The notes: generated by a model not told the origin, from the letters alone. 64,000 bases of DNA from Bryobacterales bacterium (GCA_963422375.2 OY729428.2:2336001-2400000), one strand, 5' to 3'; positions 33,294 through 44,028 are shown, counted from the stretch's first letter. Program-made: numbers and translations.

Positions 33294-33800
33294 TCAAGCC
33301 CGTAGCCGGAGGGGGAAGCAGAGCGGGCGGGGCGGATCCGCTTCTCTACAAGCAACATCACGGGCAACTTGCCGTCCCAGCAGGGTCTTGGCAAAGGCAT
33401 CGTCGCACCTGGGCAAGTGCGCGAGCCGCAGCAAGGACTTGAAGCGCTTGAGACTTACCTCCGGCTGCTGGCCTGCCGGGTACGACTCGATGACCTCCAC
33501 GGCGGGAAGCGCTCGTCGGGGACCGTTAGGAATACGGTCGGACACTTGGCGAAGTCCAAGGACTGCGGCCGCAGCTGTCTGCCCTTCCCGGACGCCTGCC
33601 AACGAATGCTCCCCTGCGCGATCCGAATCGATTCCCACATCCTTCCCCGGGTCTCTCGCGCGCCCCGGCACCCTCCCGCCGAGCCCGTCAACAGCTTGCA
33701 CCTCCCTGGCGCCGACCGCACCGGAGGGTCGGCGCGGCCCGACGGCTGCCAGCGAGCCGAAGGCCTGGCCCTGCCGCCCGTACCGGGGCAGTGCCTGCGT
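33294..33800 (-). pseudogene. Highly decayed IS4-family transposase C-terminal relic
   Basis: Across frameshifts reads IRIAQ..IR.QAS.KG.QL.PQSLDFAK..VF.T.PDERF...EVIESY....EV..KRFKSL..L.HLPR.DD..AK, resembling the Y-(2)-R-(3)-E-(6)-K region of IS4 transposases. Boundaries approximate. Confidence 0.5.
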
Positions 33801-33940
33801 GTTCGGGCCCAGCGCGGCCCGCTCGCGGCGCCGCCCTGCCGAGAGACCCTCGCGTGCCCGAGCCACACCCGCAGTAGCATGCAAGAAGGTCGCGCTGTCT
33901 ACGGTGCGCCCCCCTGCCCCAGCGGCTGGCAGCCGCCCAT

Positions 33941-35698
33941 ATGCCCCCGGCCAGGTCCCATCGCATCGGCGCGCTTCCATCCGCGATCCTCGACCGGCCT
34001 CGCTATACGCTGCTGCTCTTCTTCGGACTCACCCTGCTCGCTACGTTTCCTCTGGCGTTGTCATGGCGGACTTCCCTGCCCGCGGGCAGCGGCGACCTGT
34101 GGCAGAACTACTGGAACTTCTGGTGGTGGAAGAAGTGCCTGCTCGAAGGCCTCAACCCGTTGCATGCCCCGGTGCTGTTCCACCCAGGCGGGACGGACTT
34201 GGTATTTCACACGCATTCGCCCTTCAATCAGATCCTCGCGATGCCGGTCAACCTGCTCTTCGGGGAAGCGGCCGCGTACAACTTCTGCCTAGTACTCGCC
34301 CTGACCCTGAGCGGGTTCGGGACGTACCTTCTGGTTCGCGCCCTGACGGGGAGCGCCGCCGCGGGCTTCATCGCAGGCACGGTGTTCGCGTACTTCCCGC
34401 AGACCGTCGAGCAGACCCTGGAGCACCTGAATCTCTTCTCCGTCCAGTTCATTCCGCTTTCGTTATTCTTCCTGCTGAAGTGGAGCCGGTCCGCCCGCAC
34501 CTGCGACGCACTGGCCTTCGGTGCCTGCTTCGGCCTGAATGCCCTGTGTAGCTGGCACCTCGGGCTGAAGCTCGCGCTCGTGGCAGTTCCGTGGGCCATC
34601 TGGACCGCTTGGAGAGCCGGCCCACAGCGCCCGCGGGCGCTACGAGACCTAGCCGCGGCGGCAGCTCTGGCAACGCTGCTCGCGCTGCCATTTCTGGCTC
34701 CGATGCTGGCCCTGATCGGCAGCGGAAGCGAATACTACCTGAAGGGGGCCGTGAACCGGGGAATCGACGCAAGCTACCTATTCACGCCGACCTATGCCAA
34801 CCCCGTGGGCGGACCTCTCGTCCATGGGCGATTCATGAGCCGCGCCTACCAAGCTTCTGGCTTTGTCTGCTACCTGGGATTCCTGCCGACCGTGCTGGCT
34901 TGGCTCGCACTGAGGCGCCGTACCCGTGAGGCGCTTGCGTGGGGTTTGGTTTTCGCCGCTGGGCTGGTCTTGTCTCTCGGAGCCAAGCTCTGGTGGGATG
35001 GCTCCCTGTACAATCCCTTCCCTCTGCCCTTCTCCGCTCTTGGATGGCTCCCGTTCCTCGAGAACCTGCGGGTGGCGAACCGATTCCTGCTACTGGCGGG
35101 CCTCGCCCTGGCCGTCCTCGCCGGTTACGGCTGGACGGCTCTCCGACACCGGCCAGCGTGGGCGCTGCCCCTGGCAGCGGCCGTGATCCTCGTGGAATAC
35201 AGCTGGATGCCCTTCCCTACGCAGCAGGTCGACACCTCGCCGCTGCTGGCCGGGGTCGCGTCTCGTCCGGGCGCGGTGCTGGACATCCCGTTTCACCAGA
35301 GGAGTCGAACGGTTCACAACATGGTCGCCCAAACCGTCCACGGACGGCCGATCTCGGGAGGGTACCTGTCCAGCTACCCTCCCGAGATCGAGGAGCGCAT
35401 CCGAGGCGAGCCCGCCTTGGCGCAGCTGGCGGGGAATCCCGAAGCGGCCCCCGCTCTGGACATCGCTAGCCTGCGACAGCTCGGATTCCGAACGGTCATC
35501 ATCCACAAGTACCGGATGCAGAGCTACCGCGAGAGCCTGCAGGCCGCAGCCGGCGAAGTCGACCTGCTGGAGCGCAAGCGCATGCTGCGTCTGGGCGGGG
35601 TTCCGGACGACGTCGTCCTCTCGATTAGGCGGCAGCTGGACCAAGAGGTCGGGGCAGCCGCGCTCGAGGACGACCGGTTGGCAATCTATTTCCTCTAG
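33941..35698 (+). CDS. Polytopic membrane protein, GT-C/YfhO-like glycosyltransferase candidate
   Basis: GDLWQNYWNFWW after TM1, many TM segments, YLG, LRVANRF, QTVHGRPISGGY. Confidence 0.65.
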   Translation: MPPARSHRIGALPSAILDRPRYTLLLFFGLTLLATFPLALSWRTSLPAGSGDLWQNYWNFWWWKKCLLEGLNPLHAPVLFHPGGTDLVFHTHSPFNQILAMPVNLLFGEAAAYNFCLVLALTLSGFGTYLLVRALTGSAAAGFIAGTVFAYFPQTVEQTLEHLNLFSVQFIPLSLFFLLKWSRSARTCDALAFGACFGLNALCSWHLGLKLALVAVPWAIWTAWRAGPQRPRALRDLAAAAALATLLALPFLAPMLALIGSGSEYYLKGAVNRGIDASYLFTPTYANPVGGPLVHGRFMSRAYQASGFVCYLGFLPTVLAWLALRRRTREALAWGLVFAAGLVLSLGAKLWWDGSLYNPFPLPFSALGWLPFLENLRVANRFLLLAGLALAVLAGYGWTALRHRPAWALPLAAAVILVEYSWMPFPTQQVDTSPLLAGVASRPGAVLDIPFHQRSRTVHNMVAQTVHGRPISGGYLSSYPPEIEERIRGEPALAQLAGNPEAAPALDIASLRQLGFRTVIIHKYRMQSYRESLQAAAGEVDLLERKRMLRLGGVPDDVVLSIRRQLDQEVGAAALEDDRLAIYFL

Positions 35699-35788
35699 GG
35701 AGGGGTCCCAAAGGCGTGCTTGATTCGACGCCCGCTGAATGAATCCGTCCGACCAAGCCGCCAACCCTCGCGCCCGAGGTCGCTGCGG

Positions 35789-37762
35789 CTAGTCTCGCAG
35801 GTAGACGATGGCCTCGATCCAATGCCTGAGGTCGTGCTGGCCGAAGGAGACATCGCCGGTCACGACGCTGAGGCCAGATGCGCCGGGCTCGGGTACGATG
35901 CGGAATCGCGCCCGGCCTTCCTGACGCGCCTCGACACGCAAGTCGGCGAATGCCGGCTTCGCCTCCCAGCGATCAGGGAGCCGAGGCCGGATCCGGAAAG
36001 TCTCGTCTTCCGGCAGGTGATTCAGCACGACTGCGTAGAGGTCCAGCTCGCTTCCCTGCCCCGCCTCGAGACTGTACGGGTAGAATCTCGACCACTGCTC
36101 GTCGACGCCGAAATTGGGATCTTCCCACGGCACCAATTCCGAGACCACGCGCTTCTTCTCTTCCAGCGTCTGGCGCATCGTCTCGATCTGCCGCGCGTCG
36201 TAGCGGAATACCTCTTCGATGTGCTGGTTGACGAGCCAGAAGTCCCCTTGGATGCGCTCGATGATGTCGAGGCAGCGGAAATGCCCTGTTGCGGGATGGA
36301 GGAGGTGGCGGTTGAGCAGGCAATAGTCGTCGAGGCCCGACGGGCTGAAGGAATCCCCGATGAAGAAGTATCGATCGCCGTCGTCGCGCCGAACGTCAAG
36401 CCCGCCGTGATAGATCGCCTGCCCGGGGAAATAGGTGTAGCGCAACTCGAACTCGTGCCAGCGGAGCGTCTCGCCCTCCTCTAGCGCCCGCACGGGACGG
36501 ATCGGGTGGTAGGTCATGGCCGGCATGCGGTAGGCATCCGGGTTCTCGAGGATGTCCTGGAGTTCCTTGCCGGCGTAGACAGGGGCTCGCTCCTCCTCCG
36601 CCATCGACTGGACGAATTCGGTGTGGTCGTCGTGGAAGTGCGTGACGAAGATGCCCTCGAGCCTGTTGAAGACCCCGCGGCGCTTAAGCCTCCGGACCTG
36701 CCTCATGGCATCCTCGCTGCCGCAATCGATCAGGAACGCCGCCTTGTTGTCGGACACGAGCAGGCGCGAGGTGCCGAACTTGTGCCACCATCTCGGAGGA
36801 GTCTGGCGGAGCTTGACTGCCATCGGCATCCACTCGACAGGTGTGTCGCCGAGAATGCGGCGGGCCCGCTTCCGCAGGTTGTCCTCACCCCAGTACCAGC
36901 GCAACGCATCGGTTCGGAAGTATGCGACGAACAGGCGGCGGAGCCTGTCCAGCAGCAGGTCGATGTCCGTCGCCGGATCGGTGATGACCGGACCACGTGC
37001 CGGCACGACGAGGTCCGGTCTCTCGGCTGCAACGGCGTTGAGGCTGCGGATCAGATCCGCGGCTCTGGCGGCATATCCGTGGTATCCGCGCGTCTCGGTT
37101 TCCTCGATCGAGTCTTGGAGGCTGTAGAGGTCGAAGACCCGGCCGCCCGGGTAGATCAGATCTCCGGTGAAGGCCACGCGAGTCCCGTCCAGTTCCACGA
37201 GGTAGGAGACCGCCCCACGCGTGAATCCCGGCGTGTCGAGCACCTTGATCGAGACTCCTCGCCAGTCGAAGGTCCTGCCGCCGACCGCTGACTCCTGCAC
37301 AGCCAAATTCTCGGTGAGTATCTTGGTTGACTGCTGCGCGTAGTCGTGAAATCGGACCGCCCGGAACTCGTCCCAAAAGGCGGCCGCGTTGCTGATGAGC
37401 GGCAGTTCGGCGGCAGGCGCTACGACTCGGGCCCCCTTCGCCGCCAAGCCCAGCGCCGCCCAGGCGACATCCCTCCGGTGGTGGGTCAGAAAGACTTTCT
37501 CGATGTTCGCCGGCTCACCCGAGGGATCGCCGTAGATCGCGACTCGGTAGCCGTCCCGTTCGATGACGGCACCGTTCACCGGGCCCTCCACGATCTCCAG
37601 GTCGGCGGGCAAGCCTCCGATCCGATGCGAGCAAGTCGCCGTCACCGCAAGGAGGGCCGCAAGCACGGAGGCGGGCACAGAGACCGCCGCTGCCGACGCC
37701 TCGCCCAGTGCGCCGCGCCGTTGATTGAGCGGCGCGAGGGATTCCTTGGAGCCGGTCAGCAT
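35789..37762 (-). CDS. Tandem metallo-beta-lactamase-fold hydrolase
   Basis: THHRRD...TPGFT...FTGDL (domain 1) and IDCG...THFHDDH...PGQ...IGDS (domain 2). Start uncertain. Confidence 0.8.
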   Translation of the reverse strand: MLTGSKESLAPLNQRRGALGEASAAAVSVPASVLAALLAVTATCSHRIGGLPADLEIVEGPVNGAVIERDGYRVAIYGDPSGEPANIEKVFLTHHRRDVAWAALGLAAKGARVVAPAAELPLISNAAAFWDEFRAVRFHDYAQQSTKILTENLAVQESAVGGRTFDWRGVSIKVLDTPGFTRGAVSYLVELDGTRVAFTGDLIYPGGRVFDLYSLQDSIEETETRGYHGYAARAADLIRSLNAVAAERPDLVVPARGPVITDPATDIDLLLDRLRRLFVAYFRTDALRWYWGEDNLRKRARRILGDTPVEWMPMAVKLRQTPPRWWHKFGTSRLLVSDNKAAFLIDCGSEDAMRQVRRLKRRGVFNRLEGIFVTHFHDDHTEFVQSMAEEERAPVYAGKELQDILENPDAYRMPAMTYHPIRPVRALEEGETLRWHEFELRYTYFPGQAIYHGGLDVRRDDGDRYFFIGDSFSPSGLDDYCLLNRHLLHPATGHFRCLDIIERIQGDFWLVNQHIEEVFRYDARQIETMRQTLEEKKRVVSELVPWEDPNFGVDEQWSRFYPYSLEAGQGSELDLYAVVLNHLPEDETFRIRPRLPDRWEAKPAFADLRVEARQEGRARFRIVPEPGASGLSVVTGDVSFGQHDLRHWIEAIVYLRD

Positions 37763-38229
37763 CGGGACGATCCTACCAATCCAGGCACCGCGCAACGTCG
37801 AGCGTCGCAGGCGCTCCGGAGCTCCGCCCGCACCGTACGTGACGTCGCGCGAGCGGACGCACCGTCCAGTGATCGCACTTGGCAGTTTTGCGCTTGGCCG
37901 CGCCCCCGGCGAGGCCTCCGATATCCCGGCGCGGCCCGGTTCGCTCTTGCGCGACATCGATTCGCAGTCGCGGCGGATCTCGCGAGCGAAGGGGATGGCC
38001 ACCCGCGATTGGTCACCTCTGCCGGTCTGACGGCGATGGACCGCCCCCAGTGCCCCTCGCTTCGGTAGCGCTGGATCGCGGTAGGCCCGTCCTGATCCGG
38101 CTGCTCAGGAAGTGCGAAGCTCGCCTTGCCCCCTTGCTGGAACTGGCGCTGTCGCAACGGCCGCGCCGCGCTCGCACCGCCGGCGCCACAGCCACCGGGC
38201 TACGATGAATCGGGGGATACGCAGCACCG

Positions 38230-38919
38230 ATGCCACCGGCACCGCCCGAATCAAGACCGGCGGACGGACTGACTCGCGGAGTCGATGGCGAGCAGCGCTG
38301 CTTCTGGGCCGGCACGCATCCGGACTACATCGCCTACCACGACGAGGAATGGGGAGCGCCAGTGGCCGACGACCGGCTGCTCTTCGAGAAGGTTTGCCTG
38401 GAGGGCTTCCAGTCCGGCCTGTCATGGCTGACGATTCTGCGCAAGCGACCTAGCTTCCGCGAGGCCTTCGAGGGCTTCGAGTTCGAGCGGGTCGCTGCGT
38501 TCAGCCAGCGCCACGTGGAGCGGTTGCTCCTCAATCCCGGCATCGTCCGGCACCGAGGCAAGATCGAGGCGGTGATCAACAACGCCCGCAAAGCCTGCGA
38601 AATGGCGTCGGAGTTCGGCTCGCTTGCCGCCTTCTTCTGGCAGTGGGAGCCCGGCGCGGAGACGCGCCCCGATCCGCTGGATCATGCCGCGCTGCTGTCG
38701 CTCATGAAGTCGGCCGAGTCGGCAGCGATGTCCAAGGAATTGAAAAAGCGAGGCTGGCGTTTCGTCGGCCCGACGACCCTGTACGCCTTCATGCAAGCCA
38801 TGGGGCTGGTCAACGACCACATCGAGGGCTGCCGTTCACGAGCGGGAATCGAGGCCCTGCGTCAAGAATTCGCAAGACCCGCGGCTCCGCTCGGAAGAGC
38901 CCTCCGGCCGGTCGGCTGA
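38230..38919 (+). CDS. tag: DNA-3-methyladenine glycosylase I
   Basis: RCFWA, YHDEEWG, LEGFQSGLSWLTILRKR, FVGPTTLYAFMQAMGLVNDH. Confidence 0.95.
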   Translation: MPPAPPESRPADGLTRGVDGEQRCFWAGTHPDYIAYHDEEWGAPVADDRLLFEKVCLEGFQSGLSWLTILRKRPSFREAFEGFEFERVAAFSQRHVERLLLNPGIVRHRGKIEAVINNARKACEMASEFGSLAAFFWQWEPGAETRPDPLDHAALLSLMKSAESAAMSKELKKRGWRFVGPTTLYAFMQAMGLVNDHIEGCRSRAGIEALRQEFARPAAPLGRALRPVG

Positions 38920-38922
38920 GAA

Positions 38923-39711
38923 CTATTGCCCGGTGAAGTGCGGCCTGCGCTTCTCCACGAAAGCGAGGATCCCCTCCTGGCCGTCGTCTCTCCGCACGGC
39001 CTCGGCGATAGCGCGGGTCTCGAGTTCCATCTGCGTCTCGAGCGATTCCGTCGTGCCTCGGTGCAACAAGTCCTTGGTAGCCCCGAGCGCCATTGTCGCC
39101 CCTGCCGCTAAGTTGCGCGCAAGGTCCTCGGCGTCATCCAGCAGGCTCTCGTCCTTGCTGACGCGCGAGATCAAGCCCCAGTCGAGCGCCTCGCGGGCCG
39201 TCACCACACGATTCGTGAGGGCCATGTCCATAGCACGGCGTAGGCCCACGTACCGGGCCAAAAAATACGTCGAGGAGCCGTCGGGCGTGAGCCCGGCCCT
39301 CGTGTAGGCCATCGTGAACTTAGCGGACTCGGCGGCCACCACTAGGTCGCAGGCGATCGCCAAGCTAAAGCCGCCACCGGCCGCGAACCCGTGTACCGCG
39401 CACATCGTAGGTGCCGCCTGGCGAGCGAACCGAGAAATGGCGGCATGCAAGTAGGTCGTGGTCAGCTTGAGGTAGGCCGGCAAGTCGCCTTTCTTCCTCA
39501 CGAACGCCTTTAGGTCGCCGCCTCCGCTGAACATCGGGCCTTCGCCTCGGATCAAGATCGCCCTGACGCTCGGATCCTCGTCGCACTGGATCGACGCGGC
39601 CATTAGCTCCTTCGCCACATCCGCGTTGATCGAATTCGCTCGTTCAGGGCGATTCAGGACGATGCGCGCCACACCGTCGCGGACGTTGAACCGAATCGAC
39701 TGGTAGTCCAC
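38923..39711 (-). CDS. Enoyl-CoA hydratase/isomerase family protein (PaaG-like)
   Basis: LNRPERAN, FSGGGDL, AVHGFAAGGGFSLA, GLTPDGS, EGILAFVEKR. Confidence 0.92.
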   Translation of the reverse strand: MDYQSIRFNVRDGVARIVLNRPERANSINADVAKELMAASIQCDEDPSVRAILIRGEGPMFSGGGDLKAFVRKKGDLPAYLKLTTTYLHAAISRFARQAAPTMCAVHGFAAGGGFSLAIACDLVVAAESAKFTMAYTRAGLTPDGSSTYFLARYVGLRRAMDMALTNRVVTAREALDWGLISRVSKDESLLDDAEDLARNLAAGATMALGATKDLLHRGTTESLETQMELETRAIAEAVRRDDGQEGILAFVEKRRPHFTGQ

Positions 39712-40146
39712 CGCCCGAGTTTAGCCGAATCGCGCAAGACGGCTCCGCCTTCCGGGAGGCGTTCTCCATGGCACATAGGCAGCGACGCAGGAGGCGAGGT
39801 TGGAGCGGACGGCCCGCGCGGTCAACGAGTCATTGGAAGGTCGGCTATCTCAATCTACTTGGCCCGCCCCGCGGACCCGCACGCGATCGTCCGGACTGTA
39901 CCCCGCACACCGAGGGCGGCAGGTTTGCTTCGGCACGAATCGGCCCCGACCTGCTAGGACCGCTACGCAGGCCGTGCCAGACCGCAAGGGCCACCCGAGC
40001 GATGGCGCTGCTGGCATCCGGCACCTCAGGCAGCCAGCGGGGCTACTCTGCCAGGTGTTCCTCCGTGGGTTGGTTCGGCCGGTATACCCTCGGGCCCAGC
40101 TTGCCCGACACGTCGGCCGGTGCGGCCTGCAAGACCGGGAGGCCGT

Positions 40147-41562
40147 TCACCGAGCGATGGCGGCCTTCTCAACCTGTACCAAAGTCGCATCGATTCGCTC
40201 GATCAGCTCGGTCTGGCCGTAGCGCTGGGCCTCCTGCCGCGCTCGCCGGAACCGTTGAGTCGCTGCGTCCCTGTCTCCGCTCGCCAGTTCGGCGGCAGCC
40301 AGGGAGAAGAGGTATGTCGGCCTCCGGTCGGATTCCTCCTTGATGGCCTCGCTGAAGGAGCGCACCGCATCGTCGGCGCTTCGGCGCCGCATCGCCAGCA
40401 TGCCGAGCTTGTAGTGCGACAGGCCGTGGGCCGGTCTGCTCGCCAGCGCCCTGCGATAGAGGTCGGCAGCCTCGCCGAAGCGACCGGCCTCTTCACGCAT
40501 CTGCCCCAGATTGTGATTCGCCAACGCGTGGTCGGGGTTCACGGAAAGAGCCTTGCCGAAGGCAGCCTCGGCTTCCTCTCTCCGACCCTCCCGGTAAGCG
40601 ACCACGCCGAAGTTGTAGTGTAGTTCCGCGCTCTCGGACCCGGAGGCGAGGCCGAGGCGATACTGCTCCCTCGCCTCTTCGTGGCGGCCCGCGTTGCCGA
40701 GCAGGATGAGCAGGTTGGTTCGAGCCCGCAGCAGTTCCGGATCCTCGTCCAGCGCGCGCAAGTGCAACTGAACCGCCTGCTCGAACCGGCCCGTTTGCTG
40801 CGCCTCGACACCTCGCTGCAGATAGTCGGCGGCGCTCGCGCGCAGCGCGCGGACGGCCCTCATCAGTGGGTCGAGGCCGGGCGGCTCGCCGCCGTTGTGC
40901 CTCTCGAAGAGCGCCATGTGGCCTGTCGACGCGCCGTCCAAGCCTTGGTCGCGGTACACCAGCGCTAGCGCGTAGTGTGCCGCGCCATACTCTGGGGCCA
41001 GTTCCACTGCCCGCTCCAGATTCCGGCGGGCTCCCTCGAGCTCTCCGGCCGCGGCGGCGATGCGCCCCAAACCCAGCAGCGAGCGCGGGTCGTCCGGGGA
41101 CGCGCTCAACGCGTCGCGAAACAGCTCAGCTGACTCGTCGAGGTTCCCGGACTCGAAGAGCGCTTCGGCGAGCCTCCGGCGAGTCTGAGCGTGTTCCGGG
41201 TCGATCTGCAGGCACCGGCGAAACGAGCGCTCCGCGTCGGCATGCCTGCCAAAAGCGGCGAGCGAGACGCCGAGGTAGTAGTCCCAGCGGAACGAGCGCG
41301 GGTCCAAGCCGCGAGCCCGCTCCAGAAACCGCGCGGCCAGCTCATGCTGCGAGTAGGCCAGCAGCAGCATGCCGGCCCGGCCGGTCAGCTCGGGGTTCTC
41401 CGGAGCGCCAAGAGCCGCCGACAGCGCTGGCTCGAACCGCTCTGCGAGGCTTGGGCCGAGAGCCGTGACATCCACGCCCGGCACGGGCCCGACATCGGGG
41501 CCTGAAACCGAGCAAGCCCAGAGAATGCAGCCGACAGCGACTGCCTGGATGCTCCGGCGCAT
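40147..41562 (-). CDS. Tetratricopeptide-repeat lipoprotein
   Basis: Lipobox-like LWAC, many TPR units (YYLG, AHYALA, HYNFG, HNLG, HYKLG). Confidence 0.85.
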   Translation of the reverse strand: MRRSIQAVAVGCILWACSVSGPDVGPVPGVDVTALGPSLAERFEPALSAALGAPENPELTGRAGMLLLAYSQHELAARFLERARGLDPRSFRWDYYLGVSLAAFGRHADAERSFRRCLQIDPEHAQTRRRLAEALFESGNLDESAELFRDALSASPDDPRSLLGLGRIAAAAGELEGARRNLERAVELAPEYGAAHYALALVYRDQGLDGASTGHMALFERHNGGEPPGLDPLMRAVRALRASAADYLQRGVEAQQTGRFEQAVQLHLRALDEDPELLRARTNLLILLGNAGRHEEAREQYRLGLASGSESAELHYNFGVVAYREGRREEAEAAFGKALSVNPDHALANHNLGQMREEAGRFGEAADLYRRALASRPAHGLSHYKLGMLAMRRRSADDAVRSFSEAIKEESDRRPTYLFSLAAAELASGDRDAATQRFRRARQEAQRYGQTELIERIDATLVQVEKAAIAR

Positions 41563-42217
41563 GTTGCCATTCTAGCCCGGACCCTCCAGAGGGGTGATCC
41601 AGCGGCGAGAGCTGCGGGCTACTCATTCTCAAGAATCCACGAAATGTGAAGAGTATATATTTGAGGAAATATTAGCACAAGACTAATTTGAAATCACACA
41701 CAATTCGAAGATCACTCTCGCCATACTAATCAACTGGTAGACTTTCACGGTGCGCAATTTGATAATCCTGTTGACAAGATATCAATTTCTCTATTGGCAA
41801 TTTTCAAAAGAGTTTGACTCATGGAATGGCACTCGATATCCCGCAATATTCAATCGCTTTGTCTGCGGATTCATCCGAAAATAACCGAGAGAATTTCAAA
41901 CACCAAGGCGACTGGTACAGGTGCTTGAGAGCGTTGGAAAATCGGGAAAATTCCCATCGATACAGCTGCATCCGTCTTCTTGCTCAATCTGAGTTTTAGA
42001 GGCGACTAGATCATTGGACTGTAACCCATTTAACCTGACGTGGATGGTGATACTTGGTTTCGATTGATTCAGCCTAGCGAGCGACTCAGGAACTCGCTAG
42101 CACGATTGTACGGGATTGCCGTTTCCGATCAGCTTGGTACCATAGAGATTCACTCTAGGCAGTCACAGGAAGGGGCATAGGGCTGTCAGCCGGTCGTTTT
42201 CGCCAACCGAGTTGTGC

Positions 42218-42955
42218 CTACCACACTGTCCGCACAGAGTACTCCTGAATCCTCTTGTCCGGTGTCACGATTGACATCTCTCGCCTGATCGCCTGGGCGA
42301 TCAGAATTCGGTCAAACGGATCCTTGTGATGGTTGGGCAGGTCGCTCACGCCCAGCGCGTCAGACTCGTCGATGGGGACGGAAGCAATGCGATGACGCTG
42401 TCGCTGCCCCTCGACGAATTGCCGGGGAGGGCACTGAAGTTCCAAACGCCCGATGCTGTGCTTGATCGCGATCTCCCAACCCGAAGCAGCACTCAAGTAA
42501 AGTTCGTTCGACGAATCCTCGATCAGATTCCTAGCAAGCCGCCCCAACCGGTCCACGTCCTGGGCGATCCAGATGAATACCACGGTGTCAAGCAACAACT
42601 TGACGGGCCCCTCGTATGCCGGTTCCAAGACCGAATCTCCACCGTCGGTGACGGAACGCGCACGATGTTCGATGGTCCGATACCCGGCCGGTCCGTCCGG
42701 GAGATCGTCCCCTCGTCCCTCGAATAGATCAAGGAGGTCGTCCGGAAGAGGATCGAAGAAGGAGTCCTTCAACTTGACCAGTCCCTGGCCCTGCCCGAGC
42801 TTGCGTCGTTCGGGGTCGCGGTCAGAATAGGGCCGAATCTCGGCCAGCGGTTCGTTACGACGACAGACCACGATCCGGTCGCCTGCCCGGAGGCCGACGA
42901 TGTGCTTGGAGAAATTCGTCTCCGCCTCCTGAATAGTAATCCGCTGCGAGGGCAC
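42218..42955 (-). CDS. Single ORF fusing a Phd/YefM-type antitoxin and a PIN-domain VapC toxin
   Basis: ITIQEAETNFS...IVVCRRNEPLAEI...RKLG...FFDPLPDDLL (antitoxin), ~35 aa linker, KLLLDT...SAASGWEIAIK...HKDPFDRILIAQA...IVTPD (PIN); no stop between them. Confidence 0.85.
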   Translation of the reverse strand: MPSQRITIQEAETNFSKHIVGLRAGDRIVVCRRNEPLAEIRPYSDRDPERRKLGQGQGLVKLKDSFFDPLPDDLLDLFEGRGDDLPDGPAGYRTIEHRARSVTDGGDSVLEPAYEGPVKLLLDTVVFIWIAQDVDRLGRLARNLIEDSSNELYLSAASGWEIAIKHSIGRLELQCPPRQFVEGQRQRHRIASVPIDESDALGVSDLPNHHKDPFDRILIAQAIRREMSIVTPDKRIQEYSVRTVW

Positions 42956-43303
42956 GGCTCAGTACTAGCTTGAGTCTAGGGGACGGGACGACGCAGCGTC
43001 GAACCGCTGCCGACGCGCCTGCCGGAAGTCGGCCGAGCTGTCGATGGAGAGGTTAACGCGAATCCCCCTACACCTCCCCGGCCATCCAAGCGGGCGGTAC
43101 GGCCAGTTCCCTGCGCCGCGGCTCGCCTCGTTGTCCCAAGGGGCGACCGCTCCCGCACCGCCACGTCGCGCCGCGCTGCGAGTTGCATGTGCAGCCAAGA
43201 AGGGCAGCCACCGTTTGATGCGGCAATCCGGGCTTCCGCGACGTCGTGCGACAAAGCACCGCGAGAGGAAGCCGGGAGGCTCGGGTATACTCGGCTCAAG
43301 GGC

Positions 43304-44020
43304 ATGGACGAAACGGAAATCGTCGCGGCCATACAGGCCGCCATCAGGCGGAAGGGCACCAACCCAAGCAGGCTCGCCAAGGAGAACGGCTGGTCGGTGA
43401 ACGCCGTCCGCTACATCCTGGAGGGACGCCGGCCCAGCAGCAGCCGCCTAGCAGAGGTCTGCAAGGCACTGGGCCTCGAGTTTTACGTGGGCCCGCCCCG
43501 CATGCCCGGAGGGAGCCAGCTCAACGCCGAGCGGCTCGCGGACGAGCTAGAACGCCTCGCCGCGGAGGCCCGTCGACTTGCCCGGGCATCCCGGCCGCGA
43601 GTAACCGAAATCGACCAAGGCTTGTACGCTTCAGCACCGCTCTACAGCGTGCTTGCGGCCGCCGGCGAGGGTCTGACCGTCGATACGGAGGAGGTCAAGG
43701 GATACCTCGGGTTCAACAGGACCTGGCTCCGGAGCCAGCGGCTTGCAGCTGACAAGCTGGCCGTGATCGAGGTGCGTGGCGATTCGATGGAGCCGACTCT
43801 GTACGGCGGAGACACGGTGCTCCTCGACATGCAGGCGCATCCGTTGCGCGACCGCGAGATCTACACGCTCCGGCGCGAAAACGATCTCCTGGTCAAGCGC
43901 CTCCGTCGCAAGGGATCCGAATGGCGTATTGTCAGCGACAACCCCGCCTACTCGGAAGAAACACTGGGGCCTGAGCACGCCGTTGTCGGCAAGGTGGTCT
44001 GGCTCGGACGAGTGCTCTGA
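43304..44020 (+). CDS. HTH + S24 peptidase (CI/LexA-like) repressor
   Basis: N-terminal HTH, AAAG cleavage-site motif, VRGDSMEP and LVKRL catalytic Ser/Lys, VVGKVVW. Confidence 0.88.
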   Translation: MDETEIVAAIQAAIRRKGTNPSRLAKENGWSVNAVRYILEGRRPSSSRLAEVCKALGLEFYVGPPRMPGGSQLNAERLADELERLAAEARRLARASRPRVTEIDQGLYASAPLYSVLAAAGEGLTVDTEEVKGYLGFNRTWLRSQRLAADKLAVIEVRGDSMEPTLYGGDTVLLDMQAHPLRDREIYTLRRENDLLVKRLRRKGSEWRIVSDNPAYSEETLGPEHAVVGKVVWLGRVL

Positions 44021-44028
44021 ACGCGACG

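Noticed and set aside
43304..44020. Prophage marked by the CI-like repressor
   Set aside because: No integrase, replication, structural or lysis genes nearby
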